Positions 1 through 12,900 are shown, counted from the first letter of the stretch. The stretch is DNA of 64,000 nt from Escherichia coli (GCF_001677475.2 NZ_CP015229.1), one strand, 5' to 3'. Program-made: numbers and translations. The notes: generated from the sequence alone by a model not told the origin.

Positions 1-616
1 GATGCTGTTCCGCCATAAGGCGACGGATATTGCCCGCGAACTCATCATCCTGAATCAGCGACAAATGGGCGCTGAGGATGGTTTTGCTTTCGCCGTCACG
101 CTCGCGCAACTGCTGGTTCAGTTGCTCGGCAAGCGTTGCCAGGCTGTGCTCCAGCCAGGTGGAATCTTGCGCACTGGCCGGGATCGCCCGATAACTGTCG
201 AGGCTGTCGCTCTGTAACAGGGTCAGTGTACCCACGCCGACGCCGCTTGCCAGCACATTGCCGTACAGTAAATCCGGGTTAAGGCGGCTTAATGAACGCG
301 GCAGCGGATGCGCCGTCAGTTCTGCCTGCGTCGGCTGAACGCTGTCGCTGTCGATAAAGCGCACCTGGATGTACTCTTCCAGCACGCGCCGCGCCTGCTC
401 TTCATCGCTGCCGCTAATGTTCAGGCTGCAACTGTCATTAAATAAGGTGCCGGTGCCAATCAGCGCCAGTGAACTTTTGGCATCGGCCTTTGCGTTCTGG
501 CGATGGTTAATAAAAGTGATTTCGCTTTGCCACTGGCTGCACTGCTCTTTAAGTTCCCACGCCGGACGAGCATGTAGACCGTTAGGCAAAGGACAGAGAA
601 ATTGAATCGTTAACAT
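1..616 (-). CDS. fryA: PTS multiphosphoryl transfer protein FryA, N-terminal part only (gene runs off the window start)
   Basis: Minus-strand ATG at 616 with GGAG RBS upstream; translation begins MLTIQFLCPLPNGLHARPAWELKEQ (HPr-like domain); open frame continues to position 1. Not in the ORF track because no stop lies inside the window. Confidence 0.85.
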   Translation of the reverse strand, partial: MLTIQFLCPLPNGLHARPAWELKEQCSQWQSEITFINHRQNAKADAKSSLALIGTGTLFNDSCSLNISGSDEEQARRVLEEYIQVRFIDSDSVQPTQAELTAHPLPRSLSRLNPDLLYGNVLASGVGVGTLTLLQSDSLDSYRAIPASAQDSTWLEHSLATLAEQLNQQLRERDGESKTILSAHLSLIQDDEFAGNIRRLMAEQH

Positions 617-640
617 AACCGCTCCGGGTTAATCAGGAGA

Positions 641-1678
641 TCATCTGAAATCCGTCAGTTGAACAACCGTCTCACGCGTAAGACGTTGAATAAGGGCAGA
701 TAAAAGCTGCTGCATCTGCAAGATGTCGCGGCAGTCGGCAATCGATGCGGCGCAATGTCCATGGCGGGTTGCTGGCCCCATCACCACTGTGGGTACGCCA
801 GTACCGGTTAAGTGAACCGCTCCACCGTCCGTGCCGCCGTTACTGAACATATCCGCCTGTAACGGCACGCCAATTTCTGCCGCCACGGTTTCGATCCAGG
901 CGGTGAGTTTTGGCGGCGCAATCAGTGACTTGTCGCTTAACACCAGCATCGGGCCGTTACCAATCTGGCGATGGTTAGCCGTGCCATAATCAAAGTTTTT
1001 CGCCCAGCAGGCGGTATCAAGCACAATGGCGACGTCCGGCGACACCGCGCGGGTGGCAGTTTGCCCGCCGCGTAATCCCACCTCTTCGCTCGAACTTGCC
1101 ACCAGCCACACTTCCGCAGGCAGTTCGGCGTCGTGCAGCTCACGTAGTAACGTCACCAGCAGATAGCAACCGAGGCGGTCATCAAAAGCTTTCCCCATCA
1201 CTCGCTGGTGGGGGAGAACCTGAAAAGTAGTATCAAACGTGACGCGATCGCCTGGGCGAATTCCCGCCTGCATCACTTCGTCATACGAGCGCGCACCAAT
1301 GTCCACGCGCATGGCGCTGACATCATTCCCCTGCCGGTCGCCGTCAAGCAGGCCGGGAATTTTGCACTCTTTACGGGTGGTGATGCGCACCGGCTGCAAC
1401 TGGCGGGCAGCCATGCGCACGTTGCCAACCGGCAGCACGTCAATAGCGCCTTCGCGGGAGATGCTGCGCACCATAAATCCCACTTCGTCCATATGCGCAC
1501 AGATCATCACTTTCGGACCTGTCGATTCATTGAGGCGGATCAGCACCGATCCCAGACCATCAAATCGCACTTCTTTTTGCAGGCGATCCGCTTCTTCCAG
1601 CAGGATCTGCCGCACTTCCTGTTCCGAGGAGGCGATCGCATCGGCCTCGCTCAACGCTTTTAATAGCGATAAATCCAT
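641..1678 (-). CDS. ypdE: M42-family aminopeptidase YpdE
   Basis: 345 aa ORF; N-terminus [21 protein letters not shown]; start overlaps ypdF stop by 1 nt (TAATG). Confidence 0.9.
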   Translation of the reverse strand: MDLSLLKALSEADAIASSEQEVRQILLEEADRLQKEVRFDGLGSVLIRLNESTGPKVMICAHMDEVGFMVRSISREGAIDVLPVGNVRMAARQLQPVRITTRKECKIPGLLDGDRQGNDVSAMRVDIGARSYDEVMQAGIRPGDRVTFDTTFQVLPHQRVMGKAFDDRLGCYLLVTLLRELHDAELPAEVWLVASSSEEVGLRGGQTATRAVSPDVAIVLDTACWAKNFDYGTANHRQIGNGPMLVLSDKSLIAPPKLTAWIETVAAEIGVPLQADMFSNGGTDGGAVHLTGTGVPTVVMGPATRHGHCAASIADCRDILQMQQLLSALIQRLTRETVVQLTDFR

Positions 1679-2763
1679 TATGCCTCTCCCGTGAGCAACA
1701 CTGTTTTCGGCATGGCGTAGAGCACTTCTGCGCCTTGCGGGGTAACCAGCACAACATCTTCGATGCGCACGCCCCCTTGCCCTGGCAAATAAATCCCCGG
1801 CTCTACGGTCAGTAACATGCCAGGCTGTAGCGTCGTGGTGTCCCTCGGTGAAAAACGCGGATCTTCATGGACTTCAATGCCGATAGCATGACCGGTGTTG
1901 TGGCCAAAATAGTCGCCATAACCGGCTTCTGTAATGACCCGGCGCGCGGCATCGTCAACCTGCTGGCAGCGCACGCCGGGGCGAATCGCGGAGATTGCCG
2001 CGAGCTGTGCCTGCAGGACAATCTGATAGACGTTAAACAGCGGGTGAGATTCGGCGCTCACCCCTTCGCCATTCACCAGCAAGGTGCGCGTCATATCAGA
2101 GCAGTAGCCCTGATATAGCGCACCGAAATCGAGAGTGACAAACTCGCCCGCTGCAACAATCTTGTCGCTGGCTTTGCCGTGCGGCAGCGCCCCACGCCAG
2201 CCACTGGCGACAATGGTGTCAAAAGAGGCTTTTTCTGCGCCCTGCTGGCGCATAAACCACTCCAGTTCAGCGGCTATCTCGCGCTCGCTCATCCCCGCCT
2301 GAATAAAGCGGCGAATATGCTCCGCTCCGCGATCGGCAATCCCACAGGCGAGGCGGATTTTCTCCACCTCCTCTGGCGTTTTGATTTGCCGCAGCACATC
2401 CGGCGTGGCGCTTACCAGTTTCGCATTGAGTTCAGACTGCCAGCGGTGCGCGGTTTCCCAACTCACCTGCTGGCCTTCAAAACCGAGCGTTTGCAACTGC
2501 TCATCGGCAATGATTTGCCTGACGACGGTTGTAAGCGTGTGCGTCGCGTCAAGCAAATGCAGCGGGTAGCCTTGCGTGCGAGCTTCCACATCCGCGTAAT
2601 AGCGCGAATCCACCAGAATGTGCGCACTTTCACGGCTAATCACCACATAACCTGATCCGGTGGAGATCCCCAGATGCGGCTGTTTGTTCTGCCGTGAGGA
2701 GAGAAGCACTGCATCCAGTTGTTGCGCCTTAAGCCAGTCGCGCAGCGAAGCGAGTAATGTCAT
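1678..2763 (-). CDS. ypdF: Xaa-Pro aminopeptidase YpdF (M24 family)
   Basis: 361 aa ORF with HxxxH/E metal-binding signature region typical of M24 peptidases; position between fryC and ypdE. Confidence 0.9.
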   Translation of the reverse strand: MTLLASLRDWLKAQQLDAVLLSSRQNKQPHLGISTGSGYVVISRESAHILVDSRYYADVEARTQGYPLHLLDATHTLTTVVRQIIADEQLQTLGFEGQQVSWETAHRWQSELNAKLVSATPDVLRQIKTPEEVEKIRLACGIADRGAEHIRRFIQAGMSEREIAAELEWFMRQQGAEKASFDTIVASGWRGALPHGKASDKIVAAGEFVTLDFGALYQGYCSDMTRTLLVNGEGVSAESHPLFNVYQIVLQAQLAAISAIRPGVRCQQVDDAARRVITEAGYGDYFGHNTGHAIGIEVHEDPRFSPRDTTTLQPGMLLTVEPGIYLPGQGGVRIEDVVLVTPQGAEVLYAMPKTVLLTGEA

Positions 2764-2777
2764 CTGGATTTTCCTTC

Positions 2778-4025
2778 TTACAGGCTATCGATTAACAATT
2801 TACCTTTGCGGAACATCATCAGACGCAGGAACACCACCATCAGCGCAGTTATGACTGCCCCCAGCGCGATCCCCGCCATATAGACGCCCAGGTTAGTGAC
2901 CAGCGGCCATGCCCAGATAGCGGATTCCGGGAACCATTGCACTGCGCCCAGCCAGACAGCGGCGGTTGAGCCGACAATAGCACCGACCATATACGACGGA
3001 ATGGCGGTGATGGGACTTTCCAGCGCAAACGGAATCGCACCTTCACTGATCCCCATAAACGCCAGGAACATCGCGGTTTTACCCTGCGGATAAAGTTGGG
3101 CGTTGAACAGACGTTTGCCGGTTAAACGGCGGTCGATAATGGTCGCCAGACCCAGACCAATCGGCGGAATAACAATAGCGATGGAACGCGCGGTAACCGG
3201 TAATACGTGGTCAGTGGTAAAGCTGAAGGCAACGAAACCAGCTGCTTTGTTGATCGGGCCACCAAGGTCGATTGCTGTCGCCGCGGCGATCCCCATCGCG
3301 TACATCAGCGCGCCCTTCTCACCTGCGGCAGTCAGCACGGTACGGATACCGCCGTTGATCCAGCCACCAAAGGGGGTGATGACGTAGTACATCGCCAACA
3401 TGACAAAAATGGCGGAAAGAATCGGTAGCAAAAATGTGGTTTTGAACGCTAACAGGAATTCCGGTAACTGGATTTTCTGGTTCATCCACTTCACAAGGTA
3501 ACCAGCAACGATAGAAATAATCAGGGCACCAATGAAGGTGGACGGCACCGGCGAAGAGGTCGCCCATTGCATAGTGCTGGGATCGAAGTTCAGCAGTTGC
3601 GTCGGCTGGGTAGACATCAACCCGCCGATAAAACCAGCCGGGAACGCCAGTTTGCCACCGATAGAGTTCGCCACAAATGCAGCAAACATCGGAATGGCAA
3701 AACCAAACAACACGCCGCCGAAGGACTGCGACAACCAGGCAAATTTCAGTAAGGAGAGGTCGAAACCGGAGAATTTCCCGCTATTAAGAGCATCCATGAT
3801 GCCGATATCAGCAGGAATTTTAAGCCAGCTATAAGCAATCAGCTGGCTGAAAGCGAGGATCACACCGCCCATAATTAAGGTCGGCACCATGCGTGAAATC
3901 CCTGACATCACATGCTGCGGGAGTTCACCCCAGAAGCTGCTTTTAGAGGCCTGCGGATTCTTAACTGCCGCTGCCGCACCGGATGCGCCAGGCACAACGG
4001 TTGCACTGCGTTTTTTAATGGCCAT
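2778..4025 (-). CDS. fryC: PTS fructose-like EIIC component FryC
   Basis: 415 aa polytopic membrane ORF with PTS EIIC character; synteny with fryB/ypdF. Confidence 0.9.
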   Translation of the reverse strand: MAIKKRSATVVPGASGAAAAVKNPQASKSSFWGELPQHVMSGISRMVPTLIMGGVILAFSQLIAYSWLKIPADIGIMDALNSGKFSGFDLSLLKFAWLSQSFGGVLFGFAIPMFAAFVANSIGGKLAFPAGFIGGLMSTQPTQLLNFDPSTMQWATSSPVPSTFIGALIISIVAGYLVKWMNQKIQLPEFLLAFKTTFLLPILSAIFVMLAMYYVITPFGGWINGGIRTVLTAAGEKGALMYAMGIAAATAIDLGGPINKAAGFVAFSFTTDHVLPVTARSIAIVIPPIGLGLATIIDRRLTGKRLFNAQLYPQGKTAMFLAFMGISEGAIPFALESPITAIPSYMVGAIVGSTAAVWLGAVQWFPESAIWAWPLVTNLGVYMAGIALGAVITALMVVFLRLMMFRKGKLLIDSL

Positions 4026-4046
4026 AACAATTATCCCTGTCGAATA

Positions 4047-4373
4047 TTACTGTTGTTCAGAGGCAATCATCTCTTCGATTTCTTTGATGATGCCCGCAGC
4101 GTTTTTAATTGCGTCCTGCAAAGTGATTTCATAAACGTCGCGTGATTCGAAACGTTCGTTATCTTCCGGGGTAACTGCCACTGAGTGGATGATGATGGTC
4201 GCTTCGGCGATATCCTGCACCGTCAGGCGATTCTGGATGCCGTCCGCGCCCTGAGTTTCAATTTTCACTTCATAGCCTGCTTCCACCGCCGCTTCTTCCA
4301 GCGCCTGGGCTGCCATAAAGGTGTGAGCCAGACCCATAGGGCAGGCACATAAAGCAATCAGTTTCTTACTCAT
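4047..4373 (-). CDS. fryB: PTS fructose-like EIIB component FryB
   Basis: ORF track gives 125 aa; the RBS-supported start is the internal ATG (MSKKLIALCACPMGLAHTFMAAQ), giving 108 aa with the CxxxxxxH-like EIIB cysteine motif; GAGGA RBS upstream. Confidence 0.85.
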   Translation of the reverse strand: MSKKLIALCACPMGLAHTFMAAQALEEAAVEAGYEVKIETQGADGIQNRLTVQDIAEATIIIHSVAVTPEDNERFESRDVYEITLQDAIKNAAGIIKEIEEMIASEQQ

Positions 4374-4552
4374 CGTTAATTCCTCGTTCAGTGATAGTTG
4401 ACGATTGAAATTATGAACGTGCAAAACAAATCGCCGTTACCAGACAAATAATGCATTTACTGGAGAATTAATCCCGCTGTACGGAAGTGTGACGCAGGTC
4501 GGCCTTGTGAGGAGGACACAAAGAAAAATTGAATTAACTGTATGATTTAAAA

Positions 4553-4582
4553 GATTATCGGGAGAATTACCTCCCGATATAA
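4553..4582 (-). terminator. Intrinsic terminator downstream of glk
   Basis: Hairpin ATCGGGAG-AATTAC-CTCCCGAT followed by a T-rich run on the minus strand, just after the glk stop. Confidence 0.6.
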
Positions 4583-4592
4583 CAGGAAGGAT

Positions 4593-5558
4593 TTACAGAA
4601 TGTGCCCTAAGGTCTGGCGTAAATGTGCACCGGAACCGAGAAGACCCGGATTGTCATGGACGATGAGATACACCGGAATATCATGGACATATTCTTTAAA
4701 GCGCCCTTTATCTTCAAATGCGGCACGGAAACCAGAGGCTTTGAAGAACTCAAGGAAGCGCGGCACGATACCGCCCGCAATAAACACGCCGCCAAATGTC
4801 CCTAGATTGAGCGCCAGATTGCCGCCAAAACGGCCCATAATGACGCAAAACAGCGACAACGCGCGGCGGCAATCGGTGCAGCTGTCAGCCAGCGCGCGTT
4901 CGGTAATATCTTTTGGCTTGAGATTTTCTGGCAGGCGGTTGTCGGCTTTAACAATTGCGCGATACAAATTCACCAGCCCAGGGCCAGAAAGCACGCGTTC
5001 CGCCGAAACATGGCCAATTTCCGCACGCAGTATTTCGAGGATAATGGCCTCTTCTTCACTATTCGGCGCAAAATCAACGTGACCGCCTTCGCCTGGCAAG
5101 CTTACCCAACGCTTATCGACATGGACCAGATGTGCAACCCCAAGCCCCGTTCCGGCACCGTAAACCGCAATAGGCTTACCTTCGACCGGTTCTGCGCCAC
5201 CAAACTGAATCAGATGCTCTTTTTTCAGCATCGGGATCGCCATCGATACAGCGGTAAAATCGTTAATAATTTCCAGATGGCTAAAACCGAGATTCTTTTT
5301 CATTTCGGCAATTGAGAACGCCCAGGTATGGTTGGTCATTGCCACCCAGTCACCGGTAATTGGGCAAGCGATGGCAATACAGCCGTCTTTCACCTCGACC
5401 TTATGTTCTTCAAGATAAACGCGAATGACCGCTTCGAGGCTGGGGTAATCAAGCCCTGAATAGGTCTTAGCCTGCGAGATTTCACCACTGGCAATATCAC
5501 ACAGAGCAAGACGTGCGTTGGTGCCGCCCACATCACCGACTAATGCATACTTTGTCAT
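4593..5558 (-). CDS. glk: Glucokinase
   Basis: 321 aa; N-terminus [21 protein letters not shown] (ROK/glucokinase ATP-binding motif). Confidence 0.97.
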   Translation of the reverse strand: MTKYALVGDVGGTNARLALCDIASGEISQAKTYSGLDYPSLEAVIRVYLEEHKVEVKDGCIAIACPITGDWVAMTNHTWAFSIAEMKKNLGFSHLEIINDFTAVSMAIPMLKKEHLIQFGGAEPVEGKPIAVYGAGTGLGVAHLVHVDKRWVSLPGEGGHVDFAPNSEEEAIILEILRAEIGHVSAERVLSGPGLVNLYRAIVKADNRLPENLKPKDITERALADSCTDCRRALSLFCVIMGRFGGNLALNLGTFGGVFIAGGIVPRFLEFFKASGFRAAFEDKGRFKEYVHDIPVYLIVHDNPGLLGSGAHLRQTLGHIL

Positions 5559-5761
5559 TCTTCAACTGCTCCGCTAAAGTCAAAATAATTCTTTCTCACA
5601 CTGTAAATTCCTGGGGGCATAACAACAACGCCGGAAAGGCAGGCTCCCTGTAAATATCGATCTGGGTCACACAATTACTTTATCGTTTCAGCACCAATTG
5701 CAGCGATGCCTTTTTGCAAGCTGGGCAAACTAAGTATCTGACCCCGCATAAGGAATAGAAC

Positions 5762-7018
5762 ATGCTCCATCCGCGAGCCAGAACCATGTTGTTATTATCG
5801 CTCCCCGCCGTGGCAATTGGGATTGCGTCCAGTCTTATTCTGATTGTGGTGATGAAAATCGCCTCGGTATTACAGAATTTGCTCTGGCAACGACTGCCGG
5901 GAACTCTGGGGATAGCCCAGGATTCACCTTTCTGGATCATCGCCATATTAACGCTAACAGGTATTGCGGTGGGGTTGGTTATCCGTTTCAGCCAGGGGCA
6001 TGCTGGACCAGACCCCGCCTGTGAACCGCTGATCGGCGCACCGGTTCCGCCCTCTGCGCTACCAGGACTTATCGTAGCATTAATTCTCGGTCTTGCTGGC
6101 GGCGTCAGCCTGGGGCCGGAACATCCGATCATGACCGTCAATATCGCCCTTGCCGTCGCCATTGGCGCTCGTCTGTTACCGCGCGTCAACCGAATGGAGT
6201 GGACTATTTTAGCCTCTGCCGGAACCATCGGCGCGCTGTTTGGCACACCTGTTGCGGCGGCGTTGATATTTTCGCAAACCTTAAATGGCAGTAATGAAGT
6301 GCCGCTATGGGATCGACTCTTTGCGCCGTTAATGGCAGCGGCGGCTGGTGCGCTGACGACAAGTCTATTTTTCCACCCCCATTTTTCGCTGCCCATTGCG
6401 CATTACGGACAGATGCAGATGGCAGACATTATCAGCGGTGCGATTGTAGCGGCGATTGCCATCGCTGCGGGGATGGTCGCCGTATGGTGTCTGCCACGGT
6501 TGCACGCAATGATGCATCAGATTAAAAACCCTGTGCTTATGCTCGGGGTTGGCGGGTTTATTCTCGGTATTTTGGGGGTTATTGGTGGGCCGGTTTCACT
6601 GTTTAAAGGGCTGGATGAGATGCAGCAAATGGTGATGAATCAGGCTTTCAGCACCAGTGATTACTTTTTACTGGCGGTGATTAAGCTCGCCGCTCTGGTC
6701 ATTGCCGCCGCCAGCGGGTTTCGTGGCGGGCGAATCTTCCCGGCAGTGTTTGTTGGCGTGGCGTTAGGTTTGATGCTACATGAACACGTTCCCGCAGTCC
6801 CGGCGGCAATTACTGTCTCCTGCGCTATTCTCGGTATGGTACTGGTGGTAACGCGCGATGGCTGGTTAAGCCTGTTTATGGCGGCAGTCGTTGTACCTGA
6901 TACCAATCTGCTACCGCTACTTTGTATCGTTATGCTTCCGGCATGGCTATTGCTGGCTGGCAAACCGATGATGATTGTGAATCGCCCGAAGCAGCAACCA
7001 CCCCACGATAATCTTTAG
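5762..7018 (+). CDS. yfeO: ClC-family putative ion channel YfeO
   Basis: 418 aa polytopic membrane ORF; N-terminus [20 protein letters not shown]; AAGGA RBS. Confidence 0.9.
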   Translation: MLHPRARTMLLLSLPAVAIGIASSLILIVVMKIASVLQNLLWQRLPGTLGIAQDSPFWIIAILTLTGIAVGLVIRFSQGHAGPDPACEPLIGAPVPPSALPGLIVALILGLAGGVSLGPEHPIMTVNIALAVAIGARLLPRVNRMEWTILASAGTIGALFGTPVAAALIFSQTLNGSNEVPLWDRLFAPLMAAAAGALTTSLFFHPHFSLPIAHYGQMQMADIISGAIVAAIAIAAGMVAVWCLPRLHAMMHQIKNPVLMLGVGGFILGILGVIGGPVSLFKGLDEMQQMVMNQAFSTSDYFLLAVIKLAALVIAAASGFRGGRIFPAVFVGVALGLMLHEHVPAVPAAITVSCAILGMVLVVTRDGWLSLFMAAVVVPDTNLLPLLCIVMLPAWLLLAGKPMMIVNRPKQQPPHDNL

Positions 7019-7132
7019 CAAAAAATGCTCTCCATCATGATTTAAGAGTTATGGCGATGAAACGGGGCTTTACCTCCCCGTAATATTGCGTTAACAGGCC
7101 GCTGACGGCTTCGATCGTGAAGGAGAATATCA

Positions 7133-7459
7133 ATGTTCAGGTCACTGTTTCTGGCGGCCGCCCTGATGGCTTTTACCCCGCTTGCGGCAAACGCAGGTGA
7201 AATTACCCTACTGCCATCAATCAAATTACAAATTGGCGATCGCGATCATTACGGTAATTACTGGGACGGTGGTCATTGGCGCGACCGTGATTACTGGCAT
7301 CGTAATTACGAATGGCGTAAAAACCGCTGGTGGCGTCACGATAATGGCTACCACCGTGGCTGGGATAAGCGTAAAGCGTATGAGCGTGGCTATCGTGAAG
7401 GCTGGCGCGACCGTGATGATCATCGAGGGAAAGGCCGTGGACACGGACATCGTCATTAA
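7133..7459 (+). CDS. ypeC: Small secreted protein YpeC (DUF2502), W/R/H/D-rich
   Basis: 108 aa; signal peptide [21 protein letters not shown] followed by low-complexity [18 protein letters not shown]...GHGHRH; GGAG RBS. Confidence 0.85.
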
Positions 7460-7483
7460 ACACATCCACCAATGGAGCACGAT

Positions 7484-7575
<92 letters not shown>

Positions 7576-7600
7576 TGTGCCTGGTACGACGCCAGTTGAA

Positions 7601-8848
<1,248 letters not shown>

Positions 8849-8851
8849 CTA

Positions 8852-8873
8852 AAACATAGCCTTTGCTATGTTT
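8852..8873. promoter_or_regulatory. MntR operator (palindrome) in the mntH leader
   Basis: AAACATAGC-CTTT-GCTATGTTT perfect inverted repeat immediately upstream of the mntH RBS; matches the MntR box as I recall it. Confidence 0.75.
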
Positions 8874-8890
8874 CATGCTATGCCAAACGA

Positions 8891-8910
8891 GAATGATTAT
8901 CAAATTCATT
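8891..8910. promoter_or_regulatory. Fur box candidate upstream of mntH
   Basis: GAATGATTATCAAATTCATT resembles the GATAATGATAATCATTATC Fur consensus; mntH is known to be Fur/MntR co-regulated. Confidence 0.5.
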
Positions 8911-9174
8911 TGAATGGATTGTGGTGATTTCTCTGATAGACCAGGATTATGACTACGAAAAGATTGATGACTTGAATGTTATGGTTATGTTTAATGTTAG
9001 CACATTTACATAACTTTCAGCTTCCATACACAACATAGCAGAAATGTATGACAGCTCACTATTTTTGAAGCTTGTCACAGGACGTCATTATAGTGTGTGT
9101 CAGATCTCGTTTTCCTTAACCATGTTACATAGAATGTGCACGGAAATTTAACCTGCCTCATATTTGGAGCAAAT

Positions 9175-10377
9175 ATGGACCGCGTCCTTCATTTTGTACT
9201 GGCACTTGCCGTTGTTGCGATTCTCGCACTGCTGGTAAGCAGCGACCGCAAAAAAATTCGTATCCGTTATGTTATTCAACTGCTTGTTATCGAAGTGTTA
9301 CTGGCGTGGTTCTTCCTGAACTCCGACGTTGGTTTGGGCTTCGTGAAAGGCTTCTCCGAAATGTTCGAAAAACTGCTCGGATTTGCCAACGAAGGGACTA
9401 ACTTCGTCTTTGGTAGCATGAATGATCAAGGCCTGGCATTCTTCTTCCTGAAAGTGCTGTGCCCAATCGTCTTTATCTCTGCACTGATCGGTATTCTCCA
9501 GCACATTCGCGTGTTGCCGGTGATTATCCGCGCAATTGGTTTCCTGCTCTCCAAAGTCAACGGTATGGGCAAACTGGAATCCTTTAACGCCGTCAGCTCC
9601 CTGATTCTGGGTCAGTCTGAAAACTTTATTGCCTATAAAGATATCCTTGGCAAAATCTCCCGTAACCGTATGTACACCATGGCAGCAACGGCGATGTCCA
9701 CCGTTTCTATGTCCATCGTTGGTGCATACATGACCATGCTGGAGCCGAAATATGTCGTTGCAGCGCTGGTACTGAATATGTTCAGCACATTTATCGTGCT
9801 GTCGCTGATCAACCCGTACCGTGTTGATGCCAGTGAAGAAAACATTCAGATGTCCAACCTGCACGAAGGTCAGAGCTTCTTCGAAATGCTGGGTGAATAC
9901 ATTCTGGCAGGTTTCAAAGTTGCCATTATCGTTGCCGCAATGCTGATCGGCTTTATCGCCCTGATCGCGGCGCTGAACGCACTGTTTGCCACCGTGACTG
10001 GCTGGTTTGGCTACAGCATCTCCTTCCAGGGCATCCTGGGCTACATCTTCTATCCGATTGCATGGGTGATGGGTGTTCCGTCCAGCGAAGCACTGCAGGT
10101 GGGCAGTATCATGGCGACCAAACTGGTTTCCAACGAGTTCGTTGCGATGATGGATCTGCAGAAAATTGCTTCCACGCTCTCTCCGCGTGCTGAAGGCATC
10201 ATCTCTGTGTTCCTGGTTTCCTTCGCTAACTTCTCTTCAATCGGGATTATCGCAGGTGCAGTTAAAGGCCTGAATGAAGAGCAAGGTAACGTGGTTTCTC
10301 GCTTCGGTCTGAAGCTGGTTTACGGCTCTACCCTGGTGAGTGTGCTGTCTGCGTCAATCGCAGCACTGGTGCTGTAA
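9175..10377 (+). CDS. nupC: Nucleoside:H+ symporter NupC
   Basis: ORF track starts at 9136; chosen start is the ATG giving [20 protein letters not shown] (400 aa), CNT-family transporter. Confidence 0.95.
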
Positions 10378-10388
10378 GCACCATACAT

Positions 10389-10420
10389 AAAAAAGCCGGG
10401 GATAATTCCCCGGCTTTTTT
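10389..10420. terminator. Bidirectional intrinsic terminator between nupC and pdeA
   Basis: AAAAAGCCGGGGATAATTCCCCGGCTTTTTT: GC-rich hairpin flanked by A-run and T-run. Confidence 0.8.
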
Positions 10421-10427
10421 ACGCCTG

Positions 10428-12617
10428 TTAATCAGCTAATGGCTGCGGGCGACCAATCAGATACCCTTGCAGATATTGCACCCCGAGCTTATGCAATAGC
10501 GCCTGTTGCTGTTGCGTCTCGACAAACTCCGCGACCACACTCAATGACTTCGCTTTCGCCAGATCGGTAATTGATCTCACAATCATCGCATCCAGCGTGT
10601 TCGTGACAATATCTTTCACAAAGACGCCATCAATTTTGATGATATCAGCCTGCAAACGCTTTAACCGTTCGTAGTTGGCATATCCGGTGCCAAAGTCATC
10701 AATCGCAATCCGGAAACCAAACTTATGCAGCTGCTCGATGTTGTACATGCTGCTTTCTGCGTTAGAAAACGCCTGCTCCTCGGTGATCTCAAGAATGACC
10801 GCCTGCGGGGAGATGTGATAACGCTTAAACAGACGAATAATCCGCCCGGCAATATTCTTTTGCAGCAGCGTGAGCGGCATTAAATTGACTGAAAAGCGCG
10901 GTCCTTTTTTGTCGCAAGGGTGTGTTGCCAGCCACTTCAACAAGGATTCCAGCACTTGCAAATCAAAACGCGCGCTAAGGTTAAACTGAGCAATAAGGGG
11001 CAGAAACTTATCCGGGGTCATAATGCCGCCGTCATACTTCAGTCGCGCGAGGATCTCATCATAACCTTCACCCTCTTTGTTGCGAATTGGCTGGGCGTAG
11101 AGCAGCAAATCACCCTGATCTAACGCCGTGCGAATGGTATTCAGCAATAGCACCTGTTTAGTGGTCTGCCCGGAAACCATCTCCTCTCTGCTATCCAGCG
11201 CCAGCACATGATGATGTGCACAGGATTGCTCCGCCAGCCAGCTTAACTGCCCCAACAAGGGTTGCAGGGTTTCCTGATTTCCATCAAAACGCCCCCAGGC
11301 AGCACCATAGCCCATATCCAGCCCGGTATTGTTCCAGTGAATTTGCCGACTATTCAGGATGTTAACCATATGCTGGAGTCGTCCTTCCGTTTCCGGTCCG
11401 CTCAGCACTAACAGCAGTTCACTACCCGGCAATTGATACAACTTTTCGTTTTCCTGCATCAACGGCAGCAGCGTACGGTAAATTGAGCGGATACAGTGAA
11501 CGCGCATCATTAACCCGTAATGACGACTCATAAACTCAAGATTATCAATGCGCAGGCAGCAAAAACTCTTGCCCGCCTCTTGCTCCGGCGCTTGTTCTAA
11601 CGCACGAAAGTTGGGTAGGAGCGTTAACGGATCGGTCAGCGCCTGCAAATGCCAGCGGCGATTAAGCCATTCACTGCGATGATAAATGCGCACCATATAG
11701 AGCAGGCAAACGCTAAAGGAAATCAGCACCGCAAGAATAAATGCCAGCGAATATTCGGTTTCCACCCCTTGCAAAAAGTTCTGGTTGTAATTCAGCAGGC
11801 AAAGCGTTGAAACAGCCCAGGTGAGATTTAAAAACGGATAGCGAAGCTTACCGACCCCGAGGGTAAAGATGATGAAGAAAACGGGTACCAGGTAACCGGC
11901 AATAAAGTCGTTTTCATAAGGTGTGCACAACAGAAGTAGCAGCACGCTTAACGCTGCCAGCCAGCTTAAGGTAAATGCGCGTTTCTCTTTGCCCAACGAC
12001 GGAGCGATATCCCTGCGCCACAATATCTGCGCAAAGTGGGGACTTACAATCATGCGAGTGAGATAGTAGAAAAGCATGTTGTAAATCAGCACAGCGGTGA
12101 AAAGGCTTAGCAAATCAACGACCGTGAAAATGGCATCCGCATCGCCGAAAAAGGTGGATATCTTTAGCGGGAAATCAAAGAAGCTCCCCACAAGATACAT
12201 GCTGCATTTGATGCCGATCGGCGTCACCAAACCAAGCCAGAACAGACGTTGCCAGACATATCGGCTGGTCAATCCATAACGCCAACGCGTCCCCAGCTGC
12301 CAGCGTAATATTGCGCAGGCACACAACACGACAAACGTCTGGCTGCCGAGCATGACCGCAGTCTGTAAAAAAGAGAGATGAAAGTTCCACAGATTGGTGC
12401 AAAACATCCCGCATAAAACGGGAACGACACCGCGCCAGCCAAAGATAAACAAGATTGATAGCATTACGCACAGTGGCATCCACGCCAGAAAGATATAACT
12501 GGAATGGATAATGGCAAGTGGCGAAATAAAACGGGATAGCTGAATAAGTACCACGGTGAGCGTAAACGCTAGTGTGAATATCTTGATATTTTTTATCAGG
12601 TTATGCTCCACAAACAT
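10428..12617 (-). CDS. pdeA: c-di-GMP phosphodiesterase PdeA (YfeA), MASE1-GGDEF-EAL
   Basis: ORF track 749 aa; start chosen at internal Met (MFVEHNLIKNIK) giving 729 aa; N-terminal polytopic domain, C-terminal EAL motifs (EITE...DDFGTGY). Confidence 0.85.
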   Translation of the reverse strand: MFVEHNLIKNIKIFTLAFTLTVVLIQLSRFISPLAIIHSSYIFLAWMPLCVMLSILFIFGWRGVVPVLCGMFCTNLWNFHLSFLQTAVMLGSQTFVVLCACAILRWQLGTRWRYGLTSRYVWQRLFWLGLVTPIGIKCSMYLVGSFFDFPLKISTFFGDADAIFTVVDLLSLFTAVLIYNMLFYYLTRMIVSPHFAQILWRRDIAPSLGKEKRAFTLSWLAALSVLLLLLCTPYENDFIAGYLVPVFFIIFTLGVGKLRYPFLNLTWAVSTLCLLNYNQNFLQGVETEYSLAFILAVLISFSVCLLYMVRIYHRSEWLNRRWHLQALTDPLTLLPNFRALEQAPEQEAGKSFCCLRIDNLEFMSRHYGLMMRVHCIRSIYRTLLPLMQENEKLYQLPGSELLLVLSGPETEGRLQHMVNILNSRQIHWNNTGLDMGYGAAWGRFDGNQETLQPLLGQLSWLAEQSCAHHHVLALDSREEMVSGQTTKQVLLLNTIRTALDQGDLLLYAQPIRNKEGEGYDEILARLKYDGGIMTPDKFLPLIAQFNLSARFDLQVLESLLKWLATHPCDKKGPRFSVNLMPLTLLQKNIAGRIIRLFKRYHISPQAVILEITEEQAFSNAESSMYNIEQLHKFGFRIAIDDFGTGYANYERLKRLQADIIKIDGVFVKDIVTNTLDAMIVRSITDLAKAKSLSVVAEFVETQQQQALLHKLGVQYLQGYLIGRPQPLAD

Positions 12618-12824
12618 GAGTACACTACTCTCACTGATCGGGGTTTTCAGGCACACAAATAATAAGTTTATTCGCATCGCGAAGCAAACAGGGGCCAGCC
12701 TGTTGCCTATTTTTCATCCAATGATGCTTTCACCAGGCGGCGCTAACCCGGACGTAGACTGTATTACAAAAGCGGCAAAAAGCAGAGACAAAAAACCCCC
12801 GCTTTGCAGCGAGGGTTGGAAATT

Positions 12825-12900
<76 letters not shown>

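Noticed and set aside
2-605. Two plus-strand ORFs (71 and 78 aa) at the window start
   Set aside because: They lie antisense to the real gene here, the N-terminal part of fryA on the minus strand, which starts at 616 and runs off the window and so is missing from the ORF track.
7019-7132. Hairpin ACGGGG-CTTTACCT-CCCCGT and an 8-codon mini-ORF between yfeO and ypeC
   Set aside because: The stem is short, there is no following T-run, and the mini-ORF has no RBS; too weak to call as a terminator or leader peptide.
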